From Candidatus Krumholzibacteriia bacterium (GTDB lineage Bacteria; Krumholzibacteriota; Krumholzibacteriia; LZORAL124-64-63): 64,000 bases of DNA. Positions 1 through 8,589 of this stretch are shown here, in pieces; the stretch's first letter is position 1; each line of letters starts with the position of its first letter. Under the pieces are notes generated by a model. It was not told where the DNA came from, made no database searches, and saw only the letters and a list, made by a program, of their open reading frames with translations. The stretch covers positions 1,222 to 65,221 of the forward strand of contig JAYRFB010000275.1 of assembly GCA_041908585.1 (NCBI GenBank), written 5' to 3'. The translations under genes were made by a program, and so were the position numbers.

Positions 1-1032
1 CGGCGAGGTCCCGGACGCCTCGGGCAGCGTGCCGGCCCCGACCCAGCCCCAGCGCGCGGTCCAGGCCGCGGCCATCAGGTCGCGACGCCCGGCCCACGCG
101 CGCACCAGCGATTCGCGCCCGCCCGGCCCCGTCTCCAGGCGGTAGAGCGCCGCGGCGGGGACGCCCTCGTCACCGCTGCCGCGCGCGACCGCGGAAGGTT
201 GCGGCATCGCGCCATCTCCCGCCGACTCGGTGCCGGTCGGGAACACCTCGCTGCCGCCGGACAGCCCGAGCACGTGGAAGGCGCCGCCATCGCCGCGCAG
301 CACGCGGCGCGCCTCGTCCTGCTCGATCTCGCCCAGGAGGGTCGGTGCGGATGTCCCGGGCACCAGGCTGTAGAGCAGTCCCGGACCCTGCGTCGACACC
401 AGCAGGCGACTGCGGCCGGCATCAAGCGCCACGTCCATCGCGTTCTGCGCCGGCAGCTCCCAGGCGCGTTCGAGCGCGCCGTCGCGCCAGCTGTAGCGGT
501 AGACCGCCGCCGGCGCGCCGCAGGCCAGCCAGGCGATGCCTGCGCGCTCGTCGATGGCGATGCCCCAGATGTAGCCGCCCTCGATGCGACCGACCGCGGT
601 GACATCGCCGGCCGACGTCACGCGGGCCAGGCGCCCGTCCGGCCCGCCACCTGCCAGCACGTCGCCGCCGGGCAGCACGGCCAGGCTGAAGATCTCCGTC
701 GACTCGAGCCGGGCCACGAGCCGCGCCGTCCCGTCGGCCGCCACATGGTGGAGCTCGCCGCCGTGGCCGGTGCCGGCATACCACCCGTCATGCCCGTCGG
801 ACGCCACGCGCCAGGCAACCTCGGGACCGACCAGGGCGTGGCCCGCCACCGCAGGCCCGGCGGTCAGGCCGCCAAGCGTGTCCAGTCCGGCGGACTCGAA
901 CGTGGCCTCTTCGAACGGGCGCCCGTCCGGCCAGTCCCAGTAGCGCGGCCCGGCCGCCGCGGCTGCGCCCGCCAGCAGCACGGCCGCACCCAGCACCGCC
1001 AGCCGCGTGCGGCGGGCTCCCGAAGGCCGCAT
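1..1032 (-). CDS. secreted hypothetical protein with beta-propeller-like Gly/Asp repeats (3' end runs off the window)
   Basis: My own translation of the minus strand from ATG at 1032. It is absent from the ORF track because no stop lies inside the window. Sequence begins MRPSGARRTRLAVLGAAVLLAGAAAAAGP (signal-like) and continues with natural-looking sequence ..WYAGTGHGGELHHVAADGTARLVARLESTEIFSLAVLPGGDVLAGGGPDGRLARV.. In-frame GTGs at 1047, 1056 and 1065 are alternative starts. Confidence 0.5.
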   Translation of the reverse strand, partial: MRPSGARRTRLAVLGAAVLLAGAAAAAGPRYWDWPDGRPFEEATFESAGLDTLGGLTAGPAVAGHALVGPEVAWRVASDGHDGWYAGTGHGGELHHVAADGTARLVARLESTEIFSLAVLPGGDVLAGGGPDGRLARVTSAGDVTAVGRIEGGYIWGIAIDERAGIAWLACGAPAAVYRYSWRDGALERAWELPAQNAMDVALDAGRSRLLVSTQGPGLLYSLVPGTSAPTLLGEIEQDEARRVLRGDGGAFHVLGLSGGSEVFPTGTESAGDGAMPQPSAVARGSGDEGVPAAALYRLETGPGGRESLVRAWAGRRDLMAAAWTARWGWVGAGTLPEASGTSP

Positions 1033-1223
1033 GCGTTGCGTCGTCACGATCGTCACGATCGCCACCCCCGGCGCCGCGCGGGCGCCCCCGTTGCCGGTGT
1101 CGGATTGCCCGGGTCCGGACAGACCGGTGCCCGGTTGAACTGGACCGCCGTGAGCAGGATCGCATCCGCGACCACGGGGATCGCCTGCCGGAACCTCGCT
1201 CCCTGCTTCCGGCCGCCCGCCCA

Positions 1224-3203
1224 TCATGGTCGCCGCCCGTTGCCCCGCGCCGGTGCCGCCGGCGCAACCTCGAACGTCCTGACCGCGTTGCCGGTCAGCG
1301 CCTGCGAGGTTGCCAGCGAGACGCGCGCCACATAGCGCGCCATCGCCTGCGCGGACGGCTGCCTCCCGGCGTCGATCGCCCGCGCCACGCTCCCGGGCAC
1401 GCCGGCCAGCTCCCGTCCGGCCACGAGCGCGGGCCGGTCGGGGGAGAACACGGCCACGACCAGCGTCGAGGCCGAGCGCTCGGTGGCCAGCAGTTCCCAC
1501 AGGTCCTCGAGCCCACCCGGCTGGAGGCGATCGGGTGCCCGCTGCGCCTCGAAGGCGAAGAACTCGGCGGCGCTCGCCGCCACCAGCCGGTACGGGCCCG
1601 CCGGCAACGCGGCCGGCAACGGCACCTCGACCGGCACCTGCCGCCTCCCGCCCGCGGCGTCGCGCAGCTCGACGGTCACCGGCAGCACGTCGTCGCCCGC
1701 GGTCACGCGCCGCGGGGCGCCGAGCGCCGTGACCACCGCGTCCGCGCGGCCCGGCGTCACCTCGGCCGTGAACGCCGCGGATTCCAGGGCCAGCGCGCCG
1801 AACGGATTGTCGAGCAGCAGGGCCAGCGGCGTCATCACCTCGCCGGCCAGCATCCCGGCGCCGCCCGGTCCCGAGGCCACGCCGCCCAACGCCAGGTGGC
1901 GCGGCACGCCGCCTTCCGCATCGACCCAGCTCGTGTCCAGGCGCCAGTCGATGAGCTGGCGGCTTGCGTCGTCGCCACCGGCCAGCAGCGCGTTGTAGAA
2001 CGACCAGAACACGAGCAGCGGCGTCAGCTGCGGGTCGACGGCGACGTCGAAGCGGAAGCTGCCGGGCGCGGCGCCGCCCAGGTCCACCGTCACCGGCACC
2101 GTCGGTGCCTTCGCGCCCAGGCGCCCGCTGAGGCCGGCACGAAGGTCGTGGTGCACGGCGCCGACCACCGGCCCGGGCGAGCCGAGCTTGAACGAGATGC
2201 GGCGGCTCGGCAGGATCGTGACGATATCGGCGGCAGCCAGCGGGAGGTTCACCGCGCCGCGCTGCAGCAGTGGGTGGCCCATCATCAGCACACGATCGCC
2301 ATCCACCCAGGTGACGGTGCCGATGGCGCCCAGGTCCGCATCGCCGGCGACCAGCGACACCGCGCACGCCGAGCCCGGCCGAAGCGTGACCGGCTCGTCG
2401 GCCGGGATGTTGGCGCGGAAGCCGCCGCCACCGGTCGCCAGGCCCGCGGGACGGACCAGCCAGGCCGGGGAGGCAGGATTCCCGCGCGGCAGCAGCGGCT
2501 CGAGCAGGTCGGCCGCCAGGTCGAGCGGCGCCGGCCATCCGGACGGCATCGCCGTCGCTGCCGGCGTGGCGGCCATGGCGCCCGGCGGGGCGATGACGGC
2601 GATCGTCGGCGAGCCGCCATCGAAAGCGGCAGCCAGCTCCGCGCCCCTGCCGGCCACCAGCTTCCGCGGGTCCCAGCTGCCGCCCGCGCGCGGCGTGCCG
2701 CCAGGCGAAGGTGCGGCGACCGGCAGCGCCAGCATCTCCTCGGCGGGCGTCACGCCGCCGATCGGCAACAGCGAGCCCTCCCAACCGAACGCCACCGCAC
2801 CGGCGAAGCGCCCGTCCAGGAAGACCGGGCTGCCGCTCATCCCCTGGGCGATGCTCGAGCGTTCCAGCCCGTGGCCGGCGACCTCGACGAGCACGATCGA
2901 GCCTTGCGCCCGAGCGTTCGGCTGCACGCCGAGTACGCGCACGCTGAACGTGTCGACGCGGCTGCCGGCGAACACGGTCAGGCCGTAGCCGGTCATGCCG
3001 GGGTGGATCTCAGCGACAGGAATCGGGGGCGGCGCGGCATGGACGGGCGAGGCCGACACGAACGAGGCGACAACCAGGGCGGGCAGCAACCCGACAGACG
3101 ACGCGATGCGCGAGGCGACGCCCGTCCCTCCCGGCCCGACCGGGCGCCGCGCGGCGCGCCGCGGCAGCGGCAGGAATCCGTGGCTCGAGGGCCGATTCGA
3201 CAC
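1224..3203 (-). CDS. peptidase S55 (SpoIVB-type serine peptidase) domain protein
   Basis: ORF 1224..3305. Contains ..IHPGMTGYGLTVFAGSRVDTFSVRVLGV.. and the Ser motif GMSGSPVF typical of S55. Start placed at in-frame GTG 3203, preceded by GGAAGGA, which gives an RR-containing signal-like N-terminus. Confidence 0.7.
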   Translation of the reverse strand: MSNRPSSHGFLPLPRRAARRPVGPGGTGVASRIASSVGLLPALVVASFVSASPVHAAPPPIPVAEIHPGMTGYGLTVFAGSRVDTFSVRVLGVQPNARAQGSIVLVEVAGHGLERSSIAQGMSGSPVFLDGRFAGAVAFGWEGSLLPIGGVTPAEEMLALPVAAPSPGGTPRAGGSWDPRKLVAGRGAELAAAFDGGSPTIAVIAPPGAMAATPAATAMPSGWPAPLDLAADLLEPLLPRGNPASPAWLVRPAGLATGGGGFRANIPADEPVTLRPGSACAVSLVAGDADLGAIGTVTWVDGDRVLMMGHPLLQRGAVNLPLAAADIVTILPSRRISFKLGSPGPVVGAVHHDLRAGLSGRLGAKAPTVPVTVDLGGAAPGSFRFDVAVDPQLTPLLVFWSFYNALLAGGDDASRQLIDWRLDTSWVDAEGGVPRHLALGGVASGPGGAGMLAGEVMTPLALLLDNPFGALALESAAFTAEVTPGRADAVVTALGAPRRVTAGDDVLPVTVELRDAAGGRRQVPVEVPLPAALPAGPYRLVAASAAEFFAFEAQRAPDRLQPGGLEDLWELLATERSASTLVVAVFSPDRPALVAGRELAGVPGSVARAIDAGRQPSAQAMARYVARVSLATSQALTGNAVRTFEVAPAAPARGNGRRP

Positions 3204-3420
3204 GGGGCGGGTCCTTCCTGCCGGGCGTCGCGCCGGACCCCATCCGGGCGCCGTGCACGCGTTCCTGCCGGGCTGACACGTGGAAGCAAGAAGGCACGTT
3301 AGCACAGCGGCTCCCGGCCCGACAGGCCCGACATCGGGTTGCGTCGCGGCCGGCAGGCACCGGCCTGCCGGCCCATGCGCGAAGGGCGGCCGTTGCCGGC
3401 CGCCCCTCTCGCGATCTTGG

Positions 3421-3497
3421 TGGTACGCCCAGGAGGATTCGAACCCCCAACCTTCTGATCCGTAGTCAGATGCTCTATCCAGTTGAGCTATGGGCGC
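3421..3497 (-). tRNA. tRNA-Arg (anticodon ACG)
   Basis: Reverse complement is GCGCCCATAGCTCAACTGGATAGAGCATCTGACTACGGATCAGAAGGTTGGGGGTTCGAATCCTCCTGGGCGTACCA. Anticodon stem TCTGA/TCAGA, loop CTACGGA, T-loop GGTTCGAATCC, encoded CCA. Confidence 0.93.
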
Positions 3498-3529
3498 ACC
3501 AGAACCGTTTGCCAGAACCGTTCAAACTG

Positions 3530-3620
<91 letters not shown>

Positions 3621-3625
3621 GAACC

Positions 3626-3713
3626 TGGCGGAGGGCGAGGGATTCGAACCCCCAAGGGCTTTCACCCGGCGGTTTTCAAGACCGCTGCCTTACCAATTAG
3701 GACTAGCCCTCCG
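3626..3713 (-). tRNA. tRNA-Ser (anticodon TGA), long variable arm
   Basis: Reverse complement is GGAGGGCTAGTCCTAATTGGTAAGGCAGCGGTCTTGAAAACCGC..GGGTTCGAATCCCTCGCCCTCCGCCA. Anticodon stem GCGGT/ACCGC, loop CTTGAAA. Confidence 0.92.
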
Positions 3714-3830
3714 GCGAACGGGGCTCTGCGCCGGTGCCCGCTCTGGACCATGCCTGTGGTAAGGAGTGGCGTTCCCGCCCCCGCAAACCCGCCGGCACGC
3801 CGGACAGGGCCGCGTTCGCAACGGGATGGC

Positions 3831-3859
3831 ACGGTAAGACCCGGGCCCGGTTTTGTCAA
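3831..3859 (-). promoter_or_regulatory. candidate sigma70-type promoter of the tRNA-Ser/Ser/Arg cluster (TTGACA-17-TACCGT)
   Basis: Minus strand reads CTCCTTGACAAAACCGGGCCCGGGTCTTACCGTGCC, about 110 nt upstream of tRNA-Ser(TGA). Motif match only. Confidence 0.4.
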
Positions 3860-3895
3860 GGAGCGGCTGGTGCAGGCGTTGCGCCGCTGCAGGCG

Positions 3896-3970
3896 TCACT
3901 TGCACTGCCCATCTTCACTTGCACTGCCCATCTTCACTTGTCAACCCATCGTCACTTGCGCTGCAATCGG
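3896..3970. repeat. tandem 19-bp direct repeat, 4 copies (2 perfect, 2 degenerate)
   Basis: TCACTTGCACTGCCCATCT occurs at 3896-3914 and 3915-3933. Degenerate copies TCACTTGTCAACCCATCG and TCACTTGCGCTGCAATCGG follow. The last copy overlaps the asmA stop codon at 3952-3954. Confidence 0.85.
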
Positions 3971-5262
3971 CGTGACATGGCCACCAGGTCCAGGGTCACG
4001 GCCGGCTCGGCCAGCGGCCCCCGCACCGCCAGGTCCAGGTTGATCCTCCCCTGGGGATCGCGCAAGGCTTCGGCGAAGAAGCGCAGCGACCCCAGTTCGG
4101 GCGTGAAGCCCGGCGGCAGCTTCAGGTGGACGCCGAGGTCCAGCGCCGGCTCGGACCCGACACCGGGAGCGACCACATCCACCATCCCTGCCAGGTCCCA
4201 GTCCGTGTCGGGCCCGCGCAGCGTGAGCGTGTCGACCAGGCAGCGGCCTTTCTCGAGTCGCGCCACCAGGCGCGCCGCACTCAGCCTCACGTCGACGAGA
4301 TCCTGTCGGTCGCCCAGGTAAGATCCCGCGCCCGCGAGCCAGTCGCCGGCCTTCAACAGGCCCTCGCCACCGCCCAGGCGCGCGTCGGCCCGCAGCGCCG
4401 CCAGCGCCTCGACCGCGCCAGGCGTGGCGGAGGTGCCGCCGGCCGGCGGGCCGGCCGCCGCCAGCTGGCCGCCGGCCCGAACATCCCCCTCCAGGCGCAC
4501 ATCCAGGCGCGAGGCCACGTCGGGGGCCCACTCCCCCAGCATGGCGGCCGCGTCGACACCCTCGAGGCGGATCGACGCCTCCCACGTGGCGGGCGCCGAA
4601 CCGAGGTCCAGCCAGCCCTCGCCGGCGAGATCGCCGCCGCCGCACCTGGCCACCAGCGAGGAGAGCGTGAACCGCCCCCCTGCGGGCCTGACCTCGGCGG
4701 TGATGGCGGCCAGTGCGAACTTCCCGACCGACAGGCCCGCCGCTTCCAGCGCCATCTTGCCACCCAGGCCCGAAGCCAGCGTGGCCGCTCCGCCGGCGCC
4801 CGGTCGAGGCGCGGCCGCTCCCTCCGAGTGGTCCGCCAGGTCCAGGCCAAGCCCCTTCGCATCGAGCGCGAAATCCGTCAGCACCACCGTGCGGCCCGCC
4901 GCCACCGTCGTGGCTTCCGGGCCGCGCACGACCAGGCGGTCGACCACGAGTCGACGCCCGAGCAACGGCGCCACCGCCAGCGCGACCTCGGCCGACTCGA
5001 GCCTGGCCTGCCAGGCCGAACCCGCGTCCAGGCGCACGCCGTACAGGCGCAGTCCCGGTCCCCCGAGCAGCATCGCCTCGGCCCGCTCCACCGAGACGCG
5101 CGCGCCGGTTGCGGCCCCCAGCGCCTCGGCCGCGCGGGCCGCCAGCCGATCGCCAGGCACCAGGCGCGGCCCGGCGATGACCAGCAGCGCCAGCGCCGCC
5201 AGCCCAGCCAGCAGGCCCGCCGTCCGCCGGCCACGTCGGCTGCCGGTCTTCCTCTCACCCAT
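3952..5262 (-). CDS. AsmA family outer-membrane assembly protein
   Basis: ORF 3952..5349. Start placed at ATG 5262 (MGERKTGSRRGRRTAGLLAGLAALALLVIAG, one N-terminal TM), preceded by GGGAGG. Repetitive ..LxGGxLxL.. architecture typical of AsmA-like proteins. Confidence 0.6.
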   Translation of the reverse strand: MGERKTGSRRGRRTAGLLAGLAALALLVIAGPRLVPGDRLAARAAEALGAATGARVSVERAEAMLLGGPGLRLYGVRLDAGSAWQARLESAEVALAVAPLLGRRLVVDRLVVRGPEATTVAAGRTVVLTDFALDAKGLGLDLADHSEGAAAPRPGAGGAATLASGLGGKMALEAAGLSVGKFALAAITAEVRPAGGRFTLSSLVARCGGGDLAGEGWLDLGSAPATWEASIRLEGVDAAAMLGEWAPDVASRLDVRLEGDVRAGGQLAAAGPPAGGTSATPGAVEALAALRADARLGGGEGLLKAGDWLAGAGSYLGDRQDLVDVRLSAARLVARLEKGRCLVDTLTLRGPDTDWDLAGMVDVVAPGVGSEPALDLGVHLKLPPGFTPELGSLRFFAEALRDPQGRINLDLAVRGPLAEPAVTLDLVAMSRRLQRK

Positions 5263-5293
5263 CACGCGCCTCCCGCTCTGCCCGCGCCGGCCT

Positions 5294-6493
5294 TCACGCG
5301 CCACCCTCATCCGGCAGCAACCGCCCGCCGCCCAGCACCACGTCCCCATCGTAGAGTGCGAGTCCCTGGCCGGGCGCCGCGCCCGTCACCGGCTCCGCCA
5401 GTTCAACAACGAGCCGGTCGCCCTCGCGCCGCCAGGCCGCAACCGGCGTGCCCGCGTGGCGGTGCCGCACCTGCGCCAGCGGCCGCACGGTTGCCCACGC
5501 TCCCGTGGCACCGGACGGCCAGCTGTCGGGAAAGCCGGCAGCCTGCGCGACGAACCGGTCGGCCACCAGCCGCGTGGCCAGCAGCCCTTCGCGGGGCCCC
5601 ACGACCAGGCGGTTGCCGGCCGTGTCCAGCGCCAGCACGTAGAGCGGCTGCGCGGCGGCGATGCCCAGCCCCTTGCGCTGGCCCACCGTATAGTGGACCA
5701 GGCCGCGATGGGTCCCCAGCACCTGTCCCCCGCGGTCGACGATCGGGCCGGGCGTTGTCGCCGCGGGTTCCGCCCCGTCTCCGTCGCCGCCGCCCGCGCG
5801 CGCTCCCGCGAAGAGGAAGGAGCGGTCGTCGTCCGGGACGAAGCAGATCTCCTGGCTGTCGCGCCGCTCGGCCACCGCCAGCCCCAGCGCGCGCGCTGCG
5901 GCGCGCACGTCCTGCTTCGTGTACCAGCCGAGCGGGAACACCAGCGAACGCAGCAGCGCCGGGTCCAGCCGGTGCAGGAAGTACGACTGGTCCTTGGCCG
6001 GGTCCAGGCCTCGGAGCAGGCGCGCAACGCCGTCATCACCGAGCTCGCAGCGCGCGTAGTGCCCCGTCGCCGCGAATGCGCAGTCCTGACGTGCGGCCAG
6101 CCGGACCAGCTCCGGAAAGCGCACGGACTCGTTGCACGACAGGCATGGATTGGGCGTCCGGCCCTGCGCGTACTCGGCCACGAAGGGCTCGATGACGCGC
6201 GCACGGAACGGCTCCACCAGGTCCCCGACCCAGTGCGTGGCGCCGGCGTCGTGCGCCAGCCTCCGGGCCTGCTCGATGGCCTCGAGCGAACAGCAGGACT
6301 GCTCGCCCGTGGCGGCCTGGTCCTCGGCGTAGCAGAAGTTGCGGAATGTCACGCATTCGACGCGGCAGCCCAGCTCGCTGAGCACGGCCAGCGCCACCGC
6401 GCTGTCGACGCCGCCGCTCAGACCGAGCAGGACCCCCGTGCCGGGCGGCAATGCCCGGCGCAGGGGTCCCGGAAGCGGCAGCGGGAAGCTCAC
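5294..6493 (-). CDS. mnmA: tRNA 2-thiouridine(34) synthase MnmA
   Basis: C-terminal part of ORF 5294..6991. PP-loop LLGLSGGVDSAVA, ..GRTPNPCLSCNESVRF.. and ATGHYAR motifs. GTG start at 6493 overlaps the stop of the upstream gene (GTGA). Confidence 0.88.
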   Translation of the reverse strand: MSFPLPLPGPLRRALPPGTGVLLGLSGGVDSAVALAVLSELGCRVECVTFRNFCYAEDQAATGEQSCCSLEAIEQARRLAHDAGATHWVGDLVEPFRARVIEPFVAEYAQGRTPNPCLSCNESVRFPELVRLAARQDCAFAATGHYARCELGDDGVARLLRGLDPAKDQSYFLHRLDPALLRSLVFPLGWYTKQDVRAAARALGLAVAERRDSQEICFVPDDDRSFLFAGARAGGGDGDGAEPAATTPGPIVDRGGQVLGTHRGLVHYTVGQRKGLGIAAAQPLYVLALDTAGNRLVVGPREGLLATRLVADRFVAQAAGFPDSWPSGATGAWATVRPLAQVRHRHAGTPVAAWRREGDRLVVELAEPVTGAAPGQGLALYDGDVVLGGGRLLPDEGGA

Positions 6494-7275
6494 TGGCCCA
6501 GCTGGGGATCCGGCGCGTTCATCAGCTCGGTGACGATCCGGATGTTCTCGGCCGAGCGCGCGCCGATATCCCCGTCGGGATCGAACTTGACGGCAAGCTC
6601 CCATTCGGCCAGGGCCTCGCGGTAGATCTTCTCCTCGGCGAACATGATCGCGATGTTGTAGTGCGCGAGCGCGCTCTGCGGATGGTCGGCCAGCACCTGC
6701 TTGAACTCGGCAAGGGCTTGCGACTGCTTGCGCTGCCGCAGGAAGAGCGAGCCGAGGTTGCAGCGCGCCTTCTCGTCCTTCGGGTCCACGCGCAGGGCCA
6801 GGCGGTAGAAGCTCTCGGCCTTCAGGCCGTGCTCCACGCGCTCGACCTGGCTGGTCGACTGCTCGGCGCGGTCGTCCCACAGCGAGCCCAGGTTCACCAT
6901 CGGCTCCAGCAGCGTGCTGTCGGCGGCGATCGACGCCATGAAGCGGACCTCGGCGCTGTCGAGCAGTGTCGTCACGGCCGGGTCCTTCCAACCCTTGGCC
7001 AGCGCGGTGTCGCCAGCCGCCACATAGAAGCGGTTGCCGAGCAGGTAGCTCGCGTACGCGTTCTGGGGCGGGCCGCCCGCCGCCAGGCGCCGCAGCGTGT
7101 CCTCGAGCGCCGCGGCCGGAACCTGCGCGATCCGCTCGGCGAACGCCTCGATCGGCGTCGCCGGCCGGTCGCCGCCGCCGGCCTTGGCGTTCTTGCCGTC
7201 CTTGCAGCCGCCGGTCGCCGCCAGGGCCGTCGCCAGGACTGCCGCCAGGGCACAGGTCTGGATCTTCCGCCTCAT
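6490..7275 (-). CDS. TPR-repeat lipoprotein (CpoB/YbgF-like position in the cluster)
   Basis: MRRKIQTCALAAVLATALAATGGC lipobox. TPR-like helices ..AESFYRLALRVDPKDEKARCNLGSLFLRQRKQSQALAEFKQVLADHPQSALAHYNIAIMF.. Confidence 0.75.
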   Translation of the reverse strand: MRRKIQTCALAAVLATALAATGGCKDGKNAKAGGGDRPATPIEAFAERIAQVPAAALEDTLRRLAAGGPPQNAYASYLLGNRFYVAAGDTALAKGWKDPAVTTLLDSAEVRFMASIAADSTLLEPMVNLGSLWDDRAEQSTSQVERVEHGLKAESFYRLALRVDPKDEKARCNLGSLFLRQRKQSQALAEFKQVLADHPQSALAHYNIAIMFAEEKIYREALAEWELAVKFDPDGDIGARSAENIRIVTELMNAPDPQLGQ

Positions 7276-7353
7276 CGTTCCCCGCTTTCCGTATGCTGCC
7301 GTTCCCGATCGTCGTTCACCCCGCCGGGCCGCGACCTGCGGCCGGCCCCCAGA

Positions 7354-8589
7354 TTACCACCAGGCCTCCAGCCCCGTCACCGAGACCGCCAGGCGAAGAT
7401 AGCTGCTCGAGAGCCCGTTGTCCCCCGCGTCGCCGATCTGGCCCCAGGTCAGTCCCACGTCGAGCGTGCCCGCCTCGCCCCTCAGGGGGAAGCCGGTGCC
7501 GACGCTGAGCGAGCGCTCGACCACCTCGTGGCCGCCGACCCGGTAGGGCCAGCGATGCCAGCCCACGCCCACGCGCAGCGGCAGGTTGGACCAGCCGGCG
7601 CGACGCGCCGTCCCCCGGCGCCGCTCCACGCCCGCGGCCCACTGCAGTTCCTCGACCAGCTCGTCCTGCCATCCCGGCTGGGCGAGCCAGTCCGCCGGGG
7701 CCTCGAAGCGCCGCCAGTCCTGGCGCCTCGCGTCCAGCCCCGCCTCCCAGCGCCCGCCCAGTCCGGCGGCCAGGCCCACCGCAAGTTCGGCCGGCCGTCG
7801 CAGTTCGAACTCGGTGAACGTCCGCTCCGCCACGCCCCCCAGCTCGGTCTTGCGACGGCCGTCGACGGCGTGCGCGCCGGTCCAGGTCACGCCGAGCCGC
7901 ACGTCCGGCACGGGGGTCACCAGGGCGGCCAGCGTGGCTGACGTCCCGGTGAACTGGTCCTCGGCCACGGCGATCACCGAACGGTAGAACGGGATGCCCG
8001 CGGAGTTGACGGGATTGTCGTAGTACGCCGCCAGGGTCTCGCGCAGAGAGCCCCGCTCGAGGTTGAGCGCTGCCGCCGCCGAGAGGCGGTCGTTCACCCG
8101 CCAGGCCACACCGAGGGGCACCTTGAACGTCGAGCCCTCGCGCTCGAACTGCGTCGAGCCGACCAGCGAATCGTCCCAGGCGTACCACGTCGAATCCACG
8201 CGCGTGTGCCAGGAGGTGCCGCGCTCCAGCTTGAAGCCGGCAGTGAAGGCCAGTTGACCCTTGATGACGGGCACCACCGCGCGCGCGTCGGGCAGGTACG
8301 TGCGGTAGGTCGAGCGCGAGCCCGCCGGCGAATCGTGACCGGCCGACTCGCCGTAGCCGGTCAACGCCAGCCCCACCTGCCGGACCCCGGCGGCGGAGGC
8401 CGGGTTCTTGAAGCCCGGGTGCAGCGTATCCTGTTCGGCCAGTCCCCAGCCGCCGCGTCCCAGCATGCGCGCATCGCCGTCGGCCAGCCGCTGCCCCACG
8501 CTCTGCAGCGCGAACGGCGACTGGGCCCGCGCTCCGCCCGCGGCCGCGGCCACGAGAGCGACCGCCACCAGCATCCTCGTGCGGGTCAT
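7354..8589 (-). CDS. outer-membrane beta-barrel protein, family unassigned
   Basis: Signal peptide MTRTRMLVAVALVAAAAGGARAQ. Alternating amphipathic strands, C-terminal ..VSVTGLEAWW (aromatic terminus). ATG overlaps the upstream stop (ATGA). Confidence 0.7.
   Translation of the reverse strand: MTRTRMLVAVALVAAAAGGARAQSPFALQSVGQRLADGDARMLGRGGWGLAEQDTLHPGFKNPASAAGVRQVGLALTGYGESAGHDSPAGSRSTYRTYLPDARAVVPVIKGQLAFTAGFKLERGTSWHTRVDSTWYAWDDSLVGSTQFEREGSTFKVPLGVAWRVNDRLSAAAALNLERGSLRETLAAYYDNPVNSAGIPFYRSVIAVAEDQFTGTSATLAALVTPVPDVRLGVTWTGAHAVDGRRKTELGGVAERTFTEFELRRPAELAVGLAAGLGGRWEAGLDARRQDWRRFEAPADWLAQPGWQDELVEELQWAAGVERRRGTARRAGWSNLPLRVGVGWHRWPYRVGGHEVVERSLSVGTGFPLRGEAGTLDVGLTWGQIGDAGDNGLSSSYLRLAVSVTGLEAWW

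Noticed and set aside
3896-3970. The 19-nt tandem arrays here and at 28304..28382, considered as CRISPR or minisatellite elements.
   Set aside because: The units are directly adjacent with no spacers. They are only 19 nt long, too short for CRISPR repeats, and no cas genes are present. The two arrays are unrelated in sequence (about 7 of 19 identities).
7354-8589. Calling the 411-aa beta-barrel a PorP/SprF or PorV (T9SS) component because of ..FKNPASAAG.. near the N-terminus.
   Set aside because: The resemblance to the PorP/SprF N-terminal NPA motif is a few residues, and the spacing differs from what I recall. It cannot be supported without a profile search.
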